From: Candidatus Hydrogenedentota bacterium
GTDB taxonomy: Bacteria > Hydrogenedentota > Hydrogenedentia > Hydrogenedentales > JAEUWI01
Length of the DNA stretch: 64,000 bases
NCBI GenBank assembly: GCA_034669905.1
Contig: JAXMOL010000021.1
Location: 32,001 to 96,000, forward strand
Direction of reading: 5' to 3'
In this document: positions 62,292-64,000 of the stretch, piece by piece
Layout: each line of letters starts with the position of its first letter
How positions within the stretch are numbered: position 1 is the stretch's first letter
The notes under the pieces: generated by a model
What the model was told of the DNA's origin: nothing
What the model saw: only the letters and a program-made list of their open reading frames with translations
Databases searched by the model: none
Position numbers and translations under genes: made by a program

Positions 62292-63983
62292 CTACCGACG
62301 TACTCCAAAGGGCAAGGGTTCCCCGCGAAGGATGGCACCGCTTCGGCTGGCAATGCTGGGATCCAGCGTATTCGCCTGTTGAAAAGCCTGGTTGGCCCGT
62401 CCGTAATCTCCGAGGGCCAGGTAGCACTCGCCCAATCCCAAAGCGGCCTGGGCGGCATCACTCTTAAAATTCGGTTGCTGGGCAAGTCCCGTCAGACGAC
62501 CAAAATGGGGGATGGCCTTCTGGTACTCGCCCTGTCGCAGCAAGACTTCCGCGAGGGAAAGGCGAATCGGTATTTCTTCGGGAAGCATACCGTCTTCCGG
62601 GTTGTCGTAGCGCGCGAGCACTTCTTCATAGTGACGTCGCGCACCGGCGAGGTTCCCCTCGAGGTAGTCATAGGTCGTGGCCAGGTTGGTGTGCACGCGA
62701 ATCGTATCCGGGTTTTCGGCGAGGGTCGCGCGGAAAATGGCCTCGTTTGATTGCCAGTCCTGATTCCGCACGATCGTGCTGTGGAGAAAGACGACGGCGA
62801 GCAGGGTCGCCAGGGCGGGCACGAGCAGGCGCAGCTTGACGGTCTTCGACAGGAGCAGCAGCAATTCCAGGATCGCCCACCAGAAGCCAGCCATGGGGAC
62901 ATACATCCAGTGTTCGGCCATGGGGGCATTCAAGGGGAAAATACCGGAGATGGGCAACCATGCTGCGAGAAACCAAGCCAGGCCCAGGGCGATCCGGTAC
63001 TGCGCTTTGCGATAACTTAAGACGATTAGGCCGAGAACCAGCGCGAGGGCCAGCAGCCCGAGTGCGGCCGTCCAAACCGGGACGCCTACCAGGGTCTGCT
63101 CCATATGAAGGCCGGAGGGAATGAAGAGGGTCTTGATGTAAAAGGCAAAGGCCTGGCAGGTTTCCACCAGCCGTTGCCCCAAACCGGCCCCCGTGCTTCC
63201 GCCCCCTTCTGCAAACTTGAGCACCGTCGCGCGCAGGGCGCCATAACCCACAAGCAGGGCCACAGCGACCGCCAGGGGGAGGCTACGGGCCTTCCAATCC
63301 GCCCGTGTGGGGGCACTGCCATCTTCTCTGGGCGCCAGGGCAATGACCAACGCGAGGAGCACGGGATAGATCATGGTCGATTCTTTGCTGCACAGGCCGA
63401 GCACAAAAAAGACACCACTTGCGACGAGTCCCGGGGTTTTCCACCTTGCCCCCACCGGAATGGTGGCGCAAAGGAGTGCGGCGAGTATGAAGGTGGCGGA
63501 CATCATGTCGGCCCGACCGCTGATATAGGCGACCGCTTCAGTATGCATCGGGTGGAGCACGTAAAGCAGGGGGGTGACGGCCTGAATCATACGCGGTGCC
63601 TGGAGGCGCACCAGGAGAAAGAACAAGAGGATGGCGGCGGCGAGGTGCCACAGTAGATTACTCAGATGAAATGCGAAGGGCTTTACGTCGGGGTAGCCCT
63701 TGGCTTCACTGCCGTCGAGGGTCGGGCTGTAGGAAAGCCAGAAATCGACCATGAAACTGACCGAAACCAGCGGGCGGTAAAAGTTGCCCTGGCCCCGTCC
63801 AAAGGCGTGCTGGTCTTCCTGGAAGAGTTGAAAGAACTGGCCGGGGTCGTGCACGTTCTGGTGGAGCAGCACGGAGGAGACGTCGTCCCAGACCCAGTCA
63901 CCGGCAAAGGTGTTGGCGTAGGTCAGAAATCCCAGCAAGGCGGTGGCGCTTACAATAACCGCAGCGAATTGATTTTTGCTCAT
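62292..63983 (-). CDS. TMTC-like (GT-C) membrane glycosyltransferase with C-terminal TPRs
   Basis: WVWDD, FYRPL, HPMHTEAVAYISGRAD, SKES, AEHWMY, RNQDW; many TM segments; TPR helices. Confidence 0.8.
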   Translation of the reverse strand: MSKNQFAAVIVSATALLGFLTYANTFAGDWVWDDVSSVLLHQNVHDPGQFFQLFQEDQHAFGRGQGNFYRPLVSVSFMVDFWLSYSPTLDGSEAKGYPDVKPFAFHLSNLLWHLAAAILLFFLLVRLQAPRMIQAVTPLLYVLHPMHTEAVAYISGRADMMSATFILAALLCATIPVGARWKTPGLVASGVFFVLGLCSKESTMIYPVLLALVIALAPREDGSAPTRADWKARSLPLAVAVALLVGYGALRATVLKFAEGGGSTGAGLGQRLVETCQAFAFYIKTLFIPSGLHMEQTLVGVPVWTAALGLLALALVLGLIVLSYRKAQYRIALGLAWFLAAWLPISGIFPLNAPMAEHWMYVPMAGFWWAILELLLLLSKTVKLRLLVPALATLLAVVFLHSTIVRNQDWQSNEAIFRATLAENPDTIRVHTNLATTYDYLEGNLAGARRHYEEVLARYDNPEDGMLPEEIPIRLSLAEVLLRQGEYQKAIPHFGRLTGLAQQPNFKSDAAQAALGLGECYLALGDYGRANQAFQQANTLDPSIASRSGAILRGEPLPFGVRR

Positions 63984-64000
63984 GTAATCCTCAACAACAC

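Overview
High-GC bacterial chromosomal segment with about 48 CDSs and one tRNA-Pro(GGG). The gene content (DUF1559 prepilin/H-X9-DG protein, PSD1/DUF1501 pair, several sialidase-fold and sulfatase genes) points to a Hydrogenedentes- or PVC-like organism; this is inference only. Recognisable blocks: glycan/sulfate-ester degradation and Na+/solute symporters, thiC, birA, gltA, nhaA, a large MscS, tandem membrane Ser/Thr kinases, a degenerate REC-GGDEF protein, and a lipid-remodelling region (btaAB converging on a ufa/cfa-like operon). No CRISPR array, integrase, transposase or prophage was seen. The most interesting unexplained signals are non-coding or very small: (1) a ~190-nt rod-shaped RNA-like fold with further hairpins at 4214-4520; (2) an unannotated 35-aa amphipathic sORF with RBS, structured leader and its own terminator at 58342-58449; (3) a sigma54 promoter with palindromic enhancer sites followed by a compact structured RNA at 32731-32993; (4) a long thiC leader hairpin where no TPP riboswitch is visible; (5) a CarH/LitR-like operator on the ufa/cfa operon; (6) a PUA/EVE-like plus HsdR_N-like fusion next to the tRNA. 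All calls come from reading motifs by eye; no database search or folding program was run.
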